Positions 1-14,100 of a stretch of 64,000 nucleotides of DNA are shown piece after piece. The stretch covers positions 20,302,248 to 20,366,247 of the forward strand of contig CM119264.1 in NCBI GenBank assembly GCA_051294375.1, in the 5' to 3' direction. Within the stretch, counting starts at the first letter, position 1, and each line of letters opens with the position of its first letter. The stretch comes from Paraspadella gotoi (lineage: Eukaryota > Animalia > Chaetognatha). Position numbers and translations under genes: made by a program. The notes below the pieces were generated by a model that worked only from the letters and a program-made list of their open reading frames with translations, was not told the origin of the DNA and did not search any database.

Positions 1-967
1 AGAAATTTAGGTCCGTAAAATCAGGTGTTGTGAAGCCTCGAGCAAGCGTGCTGCGTGGGCGTGAAGGCAGGTGTCGAGACGGCGCAGGTGCCGGGAATCC
101 GAAAAGAGGGGAGAGAAGGTGAAAGGAACGTCAACGAACGGAGATGTACGACCGTCAATTTGTATTCGTCGTCCATTTGCATTTTTTTTTTCGCTCCGGG
201 AGACAGCGTTAAAGCTACCGCTAAGAGGCAGCGCTGCCGCCGCCGCCTCCGCCGCTTTATCTTTCCGCTTTATTCCTTCAAGCGCTGGCTTTTGTCTAAG
301 CGTCTAATATTTTCTTTGCCTCGTCTGTTGCGGAGTCTACGTTTAAACGTTTTTGTCAGTCAAGAATTTTTTATTTTTTATTAGGAGTTGGTCATTATTA
401 GCTTTGTGGCCTTTCTTAATTCGAAATTTACGAATGAGAAAGTTTTTGCTCTTAATATCTTATAAACAAAAAGAGTGACAACGTCTCTTTTCAAGTCGCG
501 TCTCGTCGCGGCCGAAGAGAAGAAACGAGTTTGAGGGAGAAAAGCAATATTTTATTCGGCCTCTTTCACTTAGAGTTGACGCGATTTGACAGAATGTCGA
601 CGCGGGTTAGAAATAACAAAGAGAGAGAGAGAGCAAGAGAAAGAAAAAGAGAGAGAGAGAGAGAGAGAGAGANNNNNNNNNNGAGACAGAGAATGATTAA
701 TGGACGAAACGTTGAGGGGCAATTCTTAGAAATAGACGGGCGAGGTTAGTTGAGAAAACGACGGGCTGAATAATTAATAAATTTAAAGAGGGCAGATTTG
801 TCTAATGTAATGGGCAGCTGACACTTTCTATGAAGGTGCTATCCTTCAGGATTTTGCTTTTCCTTAATCTAGTTTGATTTTAAAAAGTAATAGTTTGCTA
901 AAAGCACTTCGACATTTCCTTATTTTCCTCAAGGCTCAAGCCAAATCTTTTCCGAGTTGTTCATTAC

Positions 968-1683
968 CTTAAAATGTGCGTCCTCGTTGCGTTGACGACG
1001 AAATCCCCTACGGAGTCCACCGAATCCCCCGGCGCGGCCCATCCCCTTCCCCGCGATAAGGACTCGTTGTGAGGTTGCCAAAGCAGTGGCGAATCCCGCG
1101 TCAGAAGCGGCAGGCAGGCGTTGGTGTTCCAAATGTTGCCGCAGTGGCTCCAGGGAAGCGGATGTTTGAAGCTGGCAACGATGAAGAGTAGCGCCAGTGC
1201 TAGGATGCAGTTGGCATGGATGGAGAAGCACATACACAGCACCTTGAAGACGGTGCCGACACCGTTGGCGATGGGTAGGCAGTGCCAGACGCCGCGGGGC
1301 CCATAGCCCGAGTACTGAAGGAATGAAAGAGGCGATGTAGAAGAAAACGAAAGAAAAGAAAGAGAATATAGAGGAGATAAAAGAAAAAGGAAAAGAAGGG
1401 CGACAAGGGTCAGATTAAAGACTGACTTTTCTTTCCATCCTCTCTTCTCCAATTCTCACCCAGCTCTTTCGACTCTACCAACCTGCCCGATGAAGAGTTC
1501 CAGGAACTGCAGTGGCAGCGCCACCAGAAACGTGACGGCGAGGTAGGGAATGAGAAAGGCGATCCCTCCGTTGCTGTACATCAAGTAGGGAAACGTCCAC
1601 ACGTTGTGCAAATTGATGGTGAAACTCATGAGCGAAAATACAAAGTTCCAATGATCGCACCAAGTGGGGCGACTCGTCGCCAT
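968..1683 (-). CDS. SLC6 (neurotransmitter:sodium symporter) family transporter, first two coding exons; gene probably continues left of the window
   Basis: Exons 1683-1483 and 1314-968 are joined by a GT-AG intron. The translation has NVWTFPYLMYSNGGIAFLIPY, LELFIGQYS and PLPWSHC..WNT..C, which are the SLC6 TM1-TM3/EL2 signatures. Confidence 0.88.
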
Positions 1684-2148
1684 GACGACGGCGGAAAGGG
1701 TTGGAGGGGGCGAACGGGGGAAGTTAGGAATGAAGAGGATAAAGAAACGGGTGGCTCGTGTTTCCGATGGGAGCGTCGAAGGTTCGATTCTCCGGAAAGA
1801 GTTTTATTGTGTCGATCAAAACGAAAGTTAAATCGAAGACCTTTTTGACTTTCAAAGAAAATACGAGTCAGAATTATCGGTCCGCGTCTTTCCTTTGGTT
1901 TTCTCACACAGAAAATCAAAAACCTTGAGGGCTATATTTTTCACTCCATTGTCTTAATGCATATTACTTTTTTTATCATTCTGAAAAAAATCGAATGATC
2001 TTTGACGAGGAAAAACCCGTACATCAAATAATTTTAAAAAGTTTTTAAAAATTCAGGGGAAACAACTCGAATCGACTGAGTGCTCTGTGAAAATGCAAAG
2101 ATATGATCTTGTTTCGATGTGAATCATCATCATCTGCATCATCATCAA

Positions 2149-2180
<32 letters not shown>

Positions 2181-2337
2181 ATATCATCATCGTCATCATC
2201 ATCGTCGTCGTCGTAGTCACTATATTCGATAATAATAACAACATATTAACGACAGAAACCACAGACTCTTATTACCACCATCCTCTTCGTCATCATCATC
2301 ATCCCAGACAGGTATCAGGTAAAGAGCAGGCACCGTG

Positions 2338-2522
2338 AGAGTTCACCCCGAATCTTCGGCCTTGCTCGAGCCCCGCTGGCTCATTAAGTACAATCATCAT
2401 CTTTTAACCACAACGTTGCGGGTTCAAACCTTTGCAGTTATCCGCCATTGGTGGCGTGGAAGAACAATGAGGCTGGTTCCAACCCCAGTACCTGTTCCAT
2501 TGGTGGCGAGTGAGCTAAAGAC
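2338..2522 (+). mobile_element. Diverged copy of the tRNA-derived unit seen at 46724
   Basis: Shares GAGTTCACCCCG, TGGYTCATTRAGTA, GGGTTCAA and CTGGTTCCAA.CCCAG..GTTCCAT blocks in the same order. Confidence 0.6.
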
Positions 2523-2702
2523 TTCTTCACCAAATACCTGCGATTGTGAATGGGTTCGTGATTTGGGTATCTTAAAAATGAAAGTTCTTTTTCCATTCAA
2601 AGAATTCATTCGACAAGCTTGCGAAAGATTCAAGACGACCTCGAAGAATAAGACGCTCACACGGAATTTTCCAATAATAAATATGGTATCCCAAAAGTCG
2701 AA

Positions 2703-2834
<132 letters not shown>

Positions 2835-2973
2835 AGAAGAGTGACCTCAACTCGGGGAAACGAGGAGAAAAAAGAAATGATTGTTTTGATGGTTCGAATC
2901 CCAACTCGATCAATCTAATCCTAGAATCCTTCTTTTCCTTCATTCTTTCCCTCCCCTTTTTCTTTTCATTATT

Positions 2974-3843
2974 AGTCGGATCTGCTTATCAGCAGATCCC
3001 GACTCTATAATTCACTTTGTCGGTCCGTCGGTCCGCCCCCTCAATATTGTCGGGCATTCACTTTTATCATGTCAGAACATCGAATTATGATAAATTATGC
3101 AAAAAAAAAAAAAGGTATTCGTCCGTCCGTCCGTCCCACCTTAGCAAAAACTCCAATTGCTCGTGATTGGATGGATGGATTAGAATGATATTTTGTGTGT
3201 GGGTAAGGAAGTGTGTAATTGAGCTGGATATGAAGTTTCGATGAAATCGTGCAAGTGGAAATGAGTTTAAATGGAAAAAACAAAAAAATCTAGTTTACTA
3301 TTTGAACGTCAATTACTAATGAGTGGACGGAGCGTTTGATTTGCAATTTTGTATGTGGGTAGGAAAGTGTGAGATTAAACTGGAAATTAAGTTTCGATGG
3401 AATCGTCTGAGTGGAAATGAGTTTAAATGGAAAAAATAAAAAACCTGTTTCACTTATTGATTATGCTTCTTTTTTTATATTAAATATAAATGCAAGATGT
3501 ATTAATTAATCAAATAATTAATCAGGTAATCAATTAGTCAATTAATCTATTTATTTAGTTATCTATTAATTAATGATTCAATCAATCAATTTATTTATAA
3601 ATTAATTAAATATTTAATCAATCAATCAAGTCAATCGTTATCGGCATTATTGTCATCGTCGCCATCATCGTTGTCGTTGCTTTTGTCGTGGTCATTGATA
3701 AAAAGACCTAAAAACAAACATTTCGGATCTAATTAATTAATTTATTAATTAAATTATTATTGTTTATATAGTTTGTAATAATTAATTAATTAATTACAGC
3801 TAATGATCGTGAGCAGATCCGACCTTGTTTGCTCAAACTTGTT
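2974..3843 (+). mobile_element. DINE-1/HINE-like (Helentron-associated) element, family 1
   Basis: 5' hairpin GTCGGATCTGCT-TATC-AGCAGATCCCGAC, (GTCC)n, internal tandem units, 3' subterminal inverted repeat GCAGATCCGAC and T-rich flanks. Confidence 0.75.
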
Positions 3844-4589
3844 TTTCTACCCGATTACTTATTCCTCAACTCTTTTCGCTCTCCTTCCTTTCTAATTCTA
3901 TCCTCGTTCCCCAAACGTCTTCCACTCTTCCACATTCCCTTTCTCTTCTGTTCGTTCTTCAACATGTCCTTTCTTTTTGTCTTGATCAATAAAAGAACTT
4001 TTAACATGAAGGGCCAAGGCTTTTTTGGGAGGGCTGTTTCATTGTGACGCGTTCTAACGTAATAAACAAGAACGGTAATTCCAATGTGTTGCGCCGCGAT
4101 GACTTGATTTTCATGTGTTTTTTCTTTTGTAGTTTGATATGATATGAAATGACATGACATGACTAAAAAACTTTTTTTGCCCGTGTATTTTTGACATGCA
4201 TGGCAGCAAAATTCTATCTTTTCTTCCTTACAGTTTTAGAAATTTCTGAAGGCGACGCTAGCAGTCCCATAGATTTTTTTTTTATCTTAACAAATGAGCA
4301 ACCAACTATTATAAGCAAATTATATGCATTTTTAACGTAAGTGAGACAGACCGAAAGACAGATATACCGACCGACCGACAGACCGACCAAAAATTTGCTC
4401 CGCGAGCACTCGCGGCACAACTAAAAATGGACCGAAAATTGTTTCTATCTCCTTTAGGATTTATTATTGAGAAACTTTGAGTTTAACTGGCCTTGTTAGT
4501 TAAAAAATTTGGATAATCTCGAAGCCGTTTTTTTTTCATTACCATCTTTAACTAGCACCATAAATTATGAATCTTTCATCTTGCCCTAC

Positions 4590-6119
4590 TAATGACAATT
4601 GTAATGGGTTCCGCGTACACACGTTGCATTTAGGAAAAAAACGACTCTTTCCAATATTGTTCAGTTGTTACTTACAATGTTGATTAACTTTGTACCACAA
4701 CACAAATTAGGCCAAACGAAGGATTGGTTAGAAACATCTCCACCCGTTTCTAATGACAAAAGAGTACCATTTTGGCAACTTTTAACAAAAAAAATTATGT
4801 CCATTTTTACTCACGACTTCTGATTTGAATTCCAAGGAAAGTTGAGAAAATTTTTTTACTTTGGAAATCCGTTCTTTCTTATCTTCTTTACCCCTGGGTA
4901 AATTTATTAGCTTAAATCATTTATATTTTGCCTATGAATTAATTTTAAAGTTAACAAGTCAAAAAGTTGCAGTTTCAGTCTTTATCCTAATTTGTTAAAC
5001 AAAAATTAGTAAAATTGGTTGAAATTTACAGAAAATATAGCCTATTGAATATGCTTTTAACACCTATAAAATTATCAAAAACACTTTTTTGGTTTAGCCA
5101 CAAATAATTTTTAAAGACGTCTTTTAATTTGTGACTTTTTGTGACTTGCATTTGTTTTTGATAAAGAGAATATTTTCAACTCATTTATTAGTTTTAAAAG
5201 ATGAGGTACATACTGACCTTGATTAATAAAAAAAAACGCATCTTTTTAACCCAATGGAAAACGTCAGGACTTGTTTTTTTTCAGAATCGACAGATTTTGC
5301 AGAAATTTTTCCGCAAAATCTGTTTATTTACGAAATTTGCTAGGCAACCAAAATTTAAAGAAAAATCATGCGCTACTGTTCATTTTCTTTATAATGCATA
5401 TTAAAGATTTTCTTTGATTTGTCTCAATGTAAATGTAGTTAGAGGGAAGACAAAAGGGAAAACAATAAAAGAAGAAGGGGAGAGAATGAAAGAGAGGGTG
5501 AAAGGCAAAAAAATGAAGGCAAATGGGAAAAAATAGTGAAACAATTGTAAGTTGAGAAAAGAGGGAAAAAATGGAAAGAAAAAGAGGGGAAAAGAAAGAG
5601 AAAAGAAAGGGAAAGAATGAAGATGAGAAAAAAAGGTGAGGAAAGTGCATAAGTGGCAGAAAAAGATAGGGGCCGAAAAAATGGTAAGTGACAGCGTGAG
5701 AAGTAAGGGAGGAAAAAGGAAGAGTAAACTATAAAGAAAGAGAAGAAAAGAGATGATGAAAAATAATCAGGAAAAGCCTATGAAGAAAAAAAATTGTATC
5801 AGATAATGTGGCGTCTTACCAAAAATATTTTGTGTAAGTAAAAGACATGAAGATTCTTATAAGGAATTCAATCTTTAAAAATTATCTGTACCAAGCATAC
5901 TTATTTTTAAAATTAATCAGTTAATGAGATTAGATTGACAAGCATTGAAGAAATCATGTCTTACTGTATTTTTAACTCATAGAATTTACACCGGAAGTTC
6001 TAAGTGATAAGGAGATAACTTGAGACTACCGTTTTTTTAAATGAAGAAAGCTTTATACTAACCAATGAGATCAAGAAATATGGTAATTATTGTAGTTCAG
6101 ATTTCGTTGTCTAAAAGAT
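4590..6119 (+). repeat. About 1.55-kb dispersed repeat
   Basis: Colinear reverse-complement match to 27313-28925. Confidence 0.8.
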
Positions 6120-6121
6120 TG

Positions 6122-6792
6122 TATGGTGGACTAAAATGTATGGTGGACTAAAATCCACCAACCGTTCCATCAGCGGCCATTGGTGCTGGAGGCAAGTCAT
6201 TCGCCTCCCAACCCAAAGGTCCGGGGTTTTAGCCCGGTGGTCGCCTAGCAGTTTAGAGGGACGGGGCGCTTAACCGCCTGTAACTCGGTGTTACAGCCTG
6301 ATCCGAAGCTCAGGGACTGCTTATATTGAACGGTTCTGTCAATAACATATATCATTAATCATGTCTCTTCATTGATGAGCCCGACTTCCAAACACAACAG
6401 CAACAAACACACTTTCAGGCGACATGCCTCAACCTGGCGATGCACTTTCCGCCCACAACACATCAGGCGACATGCCTCAACTTGGTGACGAACTTTCCAC
6501 CAACAACACAATTCACTGAAGAGACGCAACAGACTTCTCCCTACGGGAGGGGGGGATGTATGGTGGACTAAAATCCACCAACCGTTCATCAGCGGCCATT
6601 GGTGCCGGAGGCAAGTCATTCGCCTCCCAACCCAAAGGTCCGGGGTTCTAGCCCGGTGGTCGCCTAGCAGTTTAGAGGGACGGGGCGCTTAACCCGCCTC
6701 TAACTCGGTGTTACAGCCTGATTTGAAGCTCAGGGACTGCTTATATTGAACGGTTCTCTCATTAACATATATCAATAATCACTGTCTCTTCA
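6122..6792 (+). mobile_element. TRIM (miniature non-autonomous LTR element) family A, with a tRNA-like sequence in its LTRs
   Basis: LTRs 6139-6371 and 6559-6792, plus a duplicated 17-bp start at 6122-6138. PBS-like TGATGAGCCCGAC at 6373 and PPT GGGAGGGGGGGA at 6545-6556. No TSD is visible. Confidence 0.85.
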
Positions 6793-7964
6793 CCATTTTC
6801 TTTATCACCTCATTCCCTCATATTTTTCCTTCAAATCCCTTTGAAGATCAACCCAAATCCTTAAGAAAAATCAGCGAATAAAAATCTATTTTTGCGGATT
6901 CTATTTAGGGAAAAACATTCACGTTCTCACGGTTTTTTATTCGCTTTAGAAATAGGCAACGCTGCATAGTTAAGGCGTTATCCTGCTTTCGCACTTTCTG
7001 TTTAGTTTATCTTCGCTTTTTTAAAATGAACAAGTGATATACAATATTAAATTTACGTGAATAAAGGTATGACCTTATCTCGGCTTAAAATATCTTGGCT
7101 TATAATAAAACTTTATCGACTGAAATGGCGCGGTTAGCATTTAGAATCAAAGATTATGAAAGCGTGCGATCACCCGTCGTTGATGCGTGCAGATCGCGAA
7201 CGCTTTCAACCTGATGCGTGCTTTGACGCGTGAATGATGCGAGAATATTTTTTCCCTTTTTGTTCGCGTTCTTGGGAAACGCCACGACGCCACGTCCTTG
7301 AGATTTTATCGGCACCGGAAATAAAACGGAAACCAATTCGAGACGCCGGTTTTTTCTTTCACTTCTACGTCATCTTTAAACCCTTCAACCTCTCTTCTCT
7401 CGAGTTGGCCTCTTCCTAATTCCCTTCTTTTTTTCATTTTATTTCTCTCGTCTTTCTTGACTTTTATTTTTTTCTTCTTTCAGATTTTTTTCTTCATTTT
7501 AGATAAAAATGTGAGCTTCTTTCATTCGAGCGACGTTACTTAAATTTAAAAGTCTTTTGGAATTTGCTTAATAGATTATTTTTGCTTTGCAACGCTATTC
7601 AACGAATCCCTCTCTTTTCTTCTCTGCGTTTCTTTTTGAATCAGTCGACTGAAAAGTCAGCTAAGCAAAAATATAAAAATGTGATCAGTTGAAAGCGAGA
7701 AAAAAAAACAATGAACAAATAATAACCGGCTATACCCTTCACTCTATTTGCTCACTACATACTTGATTGCCAAAAAAATCAAAGACAGTTGGATTGTCAT
7801 TTTAAATTTATTATATTTGTTATAATATCTCTGACCAATTCCGACAATAGAAATTTAAGCGTAGTATTTTGTTAGCTTCTTAGCCTCATGAGTTGAACTT
7901 GAACCTGAGGCAAATTTCAATATTTATAATTGTCATTAAAATTGTTGAAAAAGTCATCATTTTT

Positions 7965-9046
7965 AGTCGGATCTGCTTGTCAGCAGATCCCGACTCTATA
8001 ATTCACTTTGTCGGTCCGTCGGTCCGCCCCCTCAATATTGTCGGGCACTAACTTATATCATGTCAGAACATCGTCCGTCCGTCCGTTCGTCCGTCCGTCC
8101 AACCTTAGCAAAAAACAGGACCAATGTAGCTCGGATGTGATGGATGGATTTGAATAAAATATTGTGTGTGGATAGGTAAGTGTGTGATTGAGCTGGATAT
8201 GAAGTTTCGATGGAATCGTCCTAGGTGAAATGAGTTTAAAGGAAAAACAAAAAAAATATATTCACTATTTGAACACAATTTGTTCATGAGTGGATGGCTG
8301 ATTGACCTGGATTTGTGATGTGGGTAGGAAAGTGTGTGATTGAATAGGAAATCAAGTTTCGATGGAATAGTTTGAGTGGAAATGAGTTTAAAATGGAAAA
8401 ACAAAAAACCTGTTTCACTAATTGATTATGCTTCTTTTTCCTTTATATATGTAAATGCAGGATGTATTAATAAATCAAATTATTCAGTTAATTAATCAAT
8501 TAAATAAATAAATTAATCAATAATTAATTAATTAGTCAATCAATCCGCCATCCGTCCCACCTTAGCAAAAAGCTCCAATACTCGTGATTGGCTGGTTGGA
8601 TTGGAATTAAATTTTGTGTGTGGGTGGGAAAGGTGTGTATAAAAGCTGGATATAAAGTTTCGATGGAATCGTGTGAGTGGAAATGAGTTTAAATGGAAAA
8701 AACATAAGTCGCATTTACTAAAATCTTTTTTACTTATTTTAACCAATAAATACTCTAATTAATCATAATTGGATAGATAGATTGAGTTGAAATTTTGTGT
8801 GTGGGTAGGAAGTGTTGACGAAGTTGTATATAAAGTTTCGGTAGAAATGAGTTTAAATGAAAAAATATGAGTCACATTTACTTGAATCTTTTTATTTATT
8901 TTAACCCATGATAGATTGAGATGAAATTTTGTGAGCCGGTAGGAAAGTGAGTGAAGAAGCTAGATATAAAGTTTTGACGGAATGCAAGTTGAAAAAATGA
9001 TACAATTTAAAAAATGATGCAAGCATAAGGATCGTCGCAATTGCAT

Positions 9047-9106
<60 letters not shown>

Positions 9107-9387
9107 AGAGAGAGAGTGAGAGAGGAGAGAGATGAGAGAGAGAGGAGAGAAGGAGACATAAATAAAATAGAGGATATTTGTTTTGTTTTGATAAAATGTA
9201 AACAAAACATTTAATAACTGACCTGACTCATTTTAAGGACATCGATGATAAGCTGAATATAAGTTATATTAATTTATTAAAATTAATTAATTAATTTTAA
9301 TATTATTAAAATTAATTAATTAATTAATTAATCGATTAATTAATTAATTATCGTAGGCAGATCCGACATTGTTTGCTCAAACTTGTT
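7965..9387 (+). mobile_element. HINE-like family 1 copy
   Basis: Same termini as the 2974 copy with more internal tandem units. Confidence 0.75.
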
Positions 9388-9475
9388 TAGTTGTTTGGTA
9401 CCTTACGTTACGTCATACGCTCTCTGAATTTTATCTCCTCTGCTGTAACATTTTCTTTGTTTATTGTTTCTGCAG

Positions 9476-11110
9476 TGGCTGCGTTTTCGACAAGAATCGC
9501 CGCCGTCTATCGGCAGAACGCGGAGAATCTTCGCGAAGTGGTAGAGGAGTTTCAACAAAAGAACAAGGAGATTCACACGGAGAGGCAAGTGGGCGGAGGT
9601 TGTAAGCAGTAGTAATCAATAAATTGTTCAAACCTCTAATCGTTTATAGTATAAGTGAATAGGTACTTACAAACTTTGGACCTTTGATTAAATTTTTATT
9701 TGACCTTGAATTCAAATATAGACCCGGAATGACAAGCGGTTCTTTCGATGCCTGGGAAGGACTCATCGCCGAAACGGAAAACGATGCGCAGGTTACGCTC
9801 AGATGTTAATTGAATAAATTAATGATGAATGATTGATTAAAACAACAGATTAAAGGATAAAGAATACAGACTGAAGGTTATATAATACTATTCTTTAATG
9901 AATAAATAGATAATATTTATGCTGGTTGTAACAGGTTTATCATGAATTCGTTTTAGATTTTTATATTGATTGTATCAATTTCATAAAGACTTATTATAGA
10001 AAGAACGAAAGAAACATACATTTAATGAGGGAATGAATGAATGGTTTTCTCGATGAATCATCCAGTCCCATCGCGAAGTGGCGGACGCCTTGGAGAAGGC
10101 GGTGTCCGGACCCTTGGTGGAAATGTCAACGGTGAAGAAGCTTCACGCGAAGAAACTCTACTCGCACCGACGAGAGTACGACGCCTTCATTCAGAACCAG
10201 GAGGAAAAGCTGCAGAAGGTAACCGTCCTTGTTGTTGTTGTTGTCGTCGTCTTTTTGATTATTTGTAGTTGGTGATTGATTGCAATGATGACGTAAAAGT
10301 GGTGTCAAGTGCAAATCAACCGGAAGATTTTTTACGTTCACCGTTGTTTAATAATTGTCTTGTCGTTTTGTTCAAGTCGGTAGCTTTTTTTCCTTTCTAT
10401 TTAAAATTTATCATCCCGATTTTTCTCCGCTCGTGTTGTTTGTTGTTGTCAGTAATTAATGCGATTGTTGGTCCGGTCCTCCGACGTCTCTTTGTTTCCA
10501 GACATTGACACGAGTGTCGTTGTTGTTTACTCTCGTCCATCACTGATCATCGTAATTCACTTCGGTCTTTGTTCTCTTTCGTTATTCCGCGTTTTTCTTC
10601 GCGCCATGGATTTTTTGTTTTTGTCTAAACCCGTTACGCGTTAGATTTCTTTTTTTTTTAAGATAAAAAGATTAATCTCCTGCCTTTACCCCCGCTCCTT
10701 CTCGCTCCAGCGCCCGCGAAGCTCCACTAATGCGAACGCAAAAAAAAAAAAAAAAAATATCGGCGAGGGATTTTGAAATTCAAATTCGATTCTCTTTTGT
10801 TAATCTCGGGATTTTCCCTCTTGGAAATCCTTCGCTTTGTCTTGAAGATTATATGGGGTATTGGAAATGTCTCTCCGGCACCCACTCACTGTAATGGCAT
10901 CGCGGAGCTGTGTGGCGACATTCCGACGTTATTTGATGGCAAAGGCCTTTGCTTGACGAAGCCCCCGGCCGCCTTGTGGAGCCACGCCGCATTTCCACTT
11001 TTAAATTACATCATTTTTAAGGCTTAACTATTTACCTTTGAGTTTTTGTTGCATATTTGAAGCGTCTTCGTTACTTTATATATATATATATTATATTATA
11101 TATATATATA

Positions 11111-11151
<41 letters not shown>

Positions 11152-14100
11152 TAAACCGCATAATTCATTTTTACATCTTAAAACCATAAACATTTTTCTT
11201 TAAATTCTAGCGAAGCTAAATTTAAAAACATATCAGAATAAACTTGCCGAAAATAAACGACCCACAAATCGAAGCTAAATTTGAAGGAAAAACCGAAAGC
11301 CTCAACCCTGTACGTCCCGCAACATAATATCCTCTGAAATTATTTATCGAGAGAGAATCGCTTAACAAATTTATATTCTTATTTTTATTACAAAATAAAC
11401 GCTGATTCTTTCAATTTGCCTTAAGTAGATTGGTATTACAAAATTTGATGGTAAATTTGTTCGTAATATAACTAATACTATTTACAACTAATATTATTAA
11501 TGTTTTTTAGATTAATAGTTAACTCATGGTTTTTGTAATCGTGTTGTTGCATTTTTTTAAAGACTTGTGTCAAAAAATTAATATAGTTTTATGTATATTT
11601 TCAGACCTACCGAGAATACTGCGCCAGCTACCAAAAGGTCAAGTACGACGCCGTCAAAAACGCCTACGGATACTTCAACTCCCACAACAACTATTGTCTT
11701 CAAATCAAAGCGACAAATAGTCTCATCAAAAACTATCAGAACACGCAGCTACCTTCGATCATGAAGGTTAGGAATCGCTTTGATATAAAGTCACAAAACG
11801 CCACTGGCGGCTGCTCCACTGTGAAAGCTTGGGAGGTTAAGGAGAGTCGAATGCTAAACCGCGACAGGATGGGAACAGCTGTAAGCTGTAGACGCGCGTT
11901 ATGGGAGAAGGAGAAAGAAATTGAAAGGAGAAATTCCCTCTTCTTTCCCCGATGATTTTCATGTCGTCGTCAATCATCTCACAAATTAATTTCTTACTTT
12001 TTCCTACCATTTTATTTCTTTTTTTCCATTTCTTCCTACCATTTTATTTCTTTTCCCCCCCTTTTCCTGATCTAGTTTTTTCTTCTTTTTTTCATTCTTT
12101 CCCCATCTCTTGTTTTTTTTTCTAATTCGTCTTACTCTCGTCTTCTCGTCTTTCTCAACTCGTTCTTCTTTCTTCCGCCCGCGTTTTTCCTTCCATTCTT
12201 CTTCATCTTTTTTTGTGTAATTTAATATTTCCCGTTTCACGAAGGATATTTTTCCACGAGCAATAACGATATTTGAAGTTGCGGCTCTTTTGTTTGCAGA
12301 ATAATTCATTTCCTTTTATTCACGCCTGAAATGAGCGGATATTAAAACTATCCTCACGATTTCCCCATGATCTTTTTTAAAACGTCTGCAGTCTCCCGTC
12401 CCCAAACCCATTTCCCCATCCACATCCATTCAAACTTTAATCTTTCATCACATTCAACCCCCCCCCACCTCGCAGGAAATCGAAGCGGCGCAAATCGAAA
12501 TCCAAAAAGCAATAAATAACGGAATTCACAATTTCGCCGACATAATCACGCAAAAGGTGATTAACAGTTTATTAAGGTCGATAGGTGAATGATAGTTCTT
12601 AATGAAATGGGTACAACCAATATAAGAATCTGTGGCGAATCCTAAATTCGCCTCCCATATAGCTTGATGAAACTCAGCTCGTCCCATTGGCTTGGACAGC
12701 TAAGTACTCGTTTACCAACCGTGACTTCCGGGTTAAATACCCTCAAGGTCACGTTGGTTGAAGTCTAATGGTGTCGTCATAAACGCGCCAGTGACGTGGG
12801 GTGGTCACTTCAGGTCCAAACCCCTGAGCGCCAGCTGTTGGGAGATTCCTTACACCCCAGGCATCATACATGTCCCCCCATTGCCATAAGTTGGGAGCCC
12901 TACTATCGAACACGCAACCGCTGCGTACCTTCGCTTTCGTCGTCGCATAAGGGTATGCATTAAGGCGGAACAAGGTAAAAACTAAAAGTTATGTCAAATA
13001 AATAACGTTAAAGCATCCCTGTGGGATAACAAAATTAATAAAAAAATTAAGATTTTATGTAATAATAGTTAATAACATAGAAGCATTTAAAGTTTATCGT
13101 ATTACTATAAATCATGAAAATTTTATATTTCAAATTCAGAATTTTTAAAAACGGATTCGGGTAGAGCTTGCAAAAATAAATAAAAAATATTATTCGTCTA
13201 TTATTCGTCTATTATTTGTCTATACTAATTAACTTAATGTTAACTTTACATTAACATACCATTAATTATTTAACTTATTATTGAATATATTATTTAACTT
13301 ATTAAAATTATTTACAATTTACAAATTATTACAAAACCTTAATAATTTTCTCTAAAATTAATAATGCTGTGATGCTAGGGCTTTGGTCGGTTTAAGATAA
13401 ACATTCAAAATATACCTTTAAAATATAAGATAAACAACAATGAAGGATCACCATTTTGTGATGGCTCGCCTATACCTGGATATTGGGATTAAAGAGCCGA
13501 AATCCATGAAGGGTATAGGTTCCCAACTGATGACCTTCCCATTGTATAAACATAAAAAATAAAAAATATTCAAAAATAAATAATTAAAAATTAGAATAAG
13601 GAAAAAAAAATTAATTAAAGTATTTTAAAATTATATTCATAACATAAAGGTGCCCTATTATAGACCTTTCCCAGTATGTATCCCTATCAGAACATACAAT
13701 TCTACATGGTAGTCTTATCCCTATTGGTAAAAAAATCATATATAACTTGGCCCCCTAAAAAAAATTATCCATTCCCACCCCTTCTGTTCAGCCTTTTAGA
13801 TATTATGATTTTTTCATTAATGACTTCTAACAGAAATGATGTGTGATATCTATTAAAAAACTAGGACAGATAGTAATCTAACCTTGTGTTGTATAGAGCT
13901 CCCTCTATTTCCAGAAGACAACACTGACTTCCCCTTCCCAAATTGAATTATTAGATAAATAAAACTTTTTTAAAAAAGAAAGCAATATATATTTGTATAA
14001 ATAATATAGATTAAATACTAAATCCTTCATAAAATATAAAAATAGAAAATAGTGAACAAGTAATTTGCAAATTTTCATTATTACAAGAATTCCAAATTTT

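Noticed and set aside
6578-6597. CTGATGA on the minus strand of family A LTRs as a hammerhead (LTR retrozyme)
   Set aside because: No stem II followed by GAAA and no stem I/III pairing.
6592-6664. Functional tRNA-Gly gene
   Set aside because: The anticodon stem does not pair and the sequence lies inside repeated LTRs.
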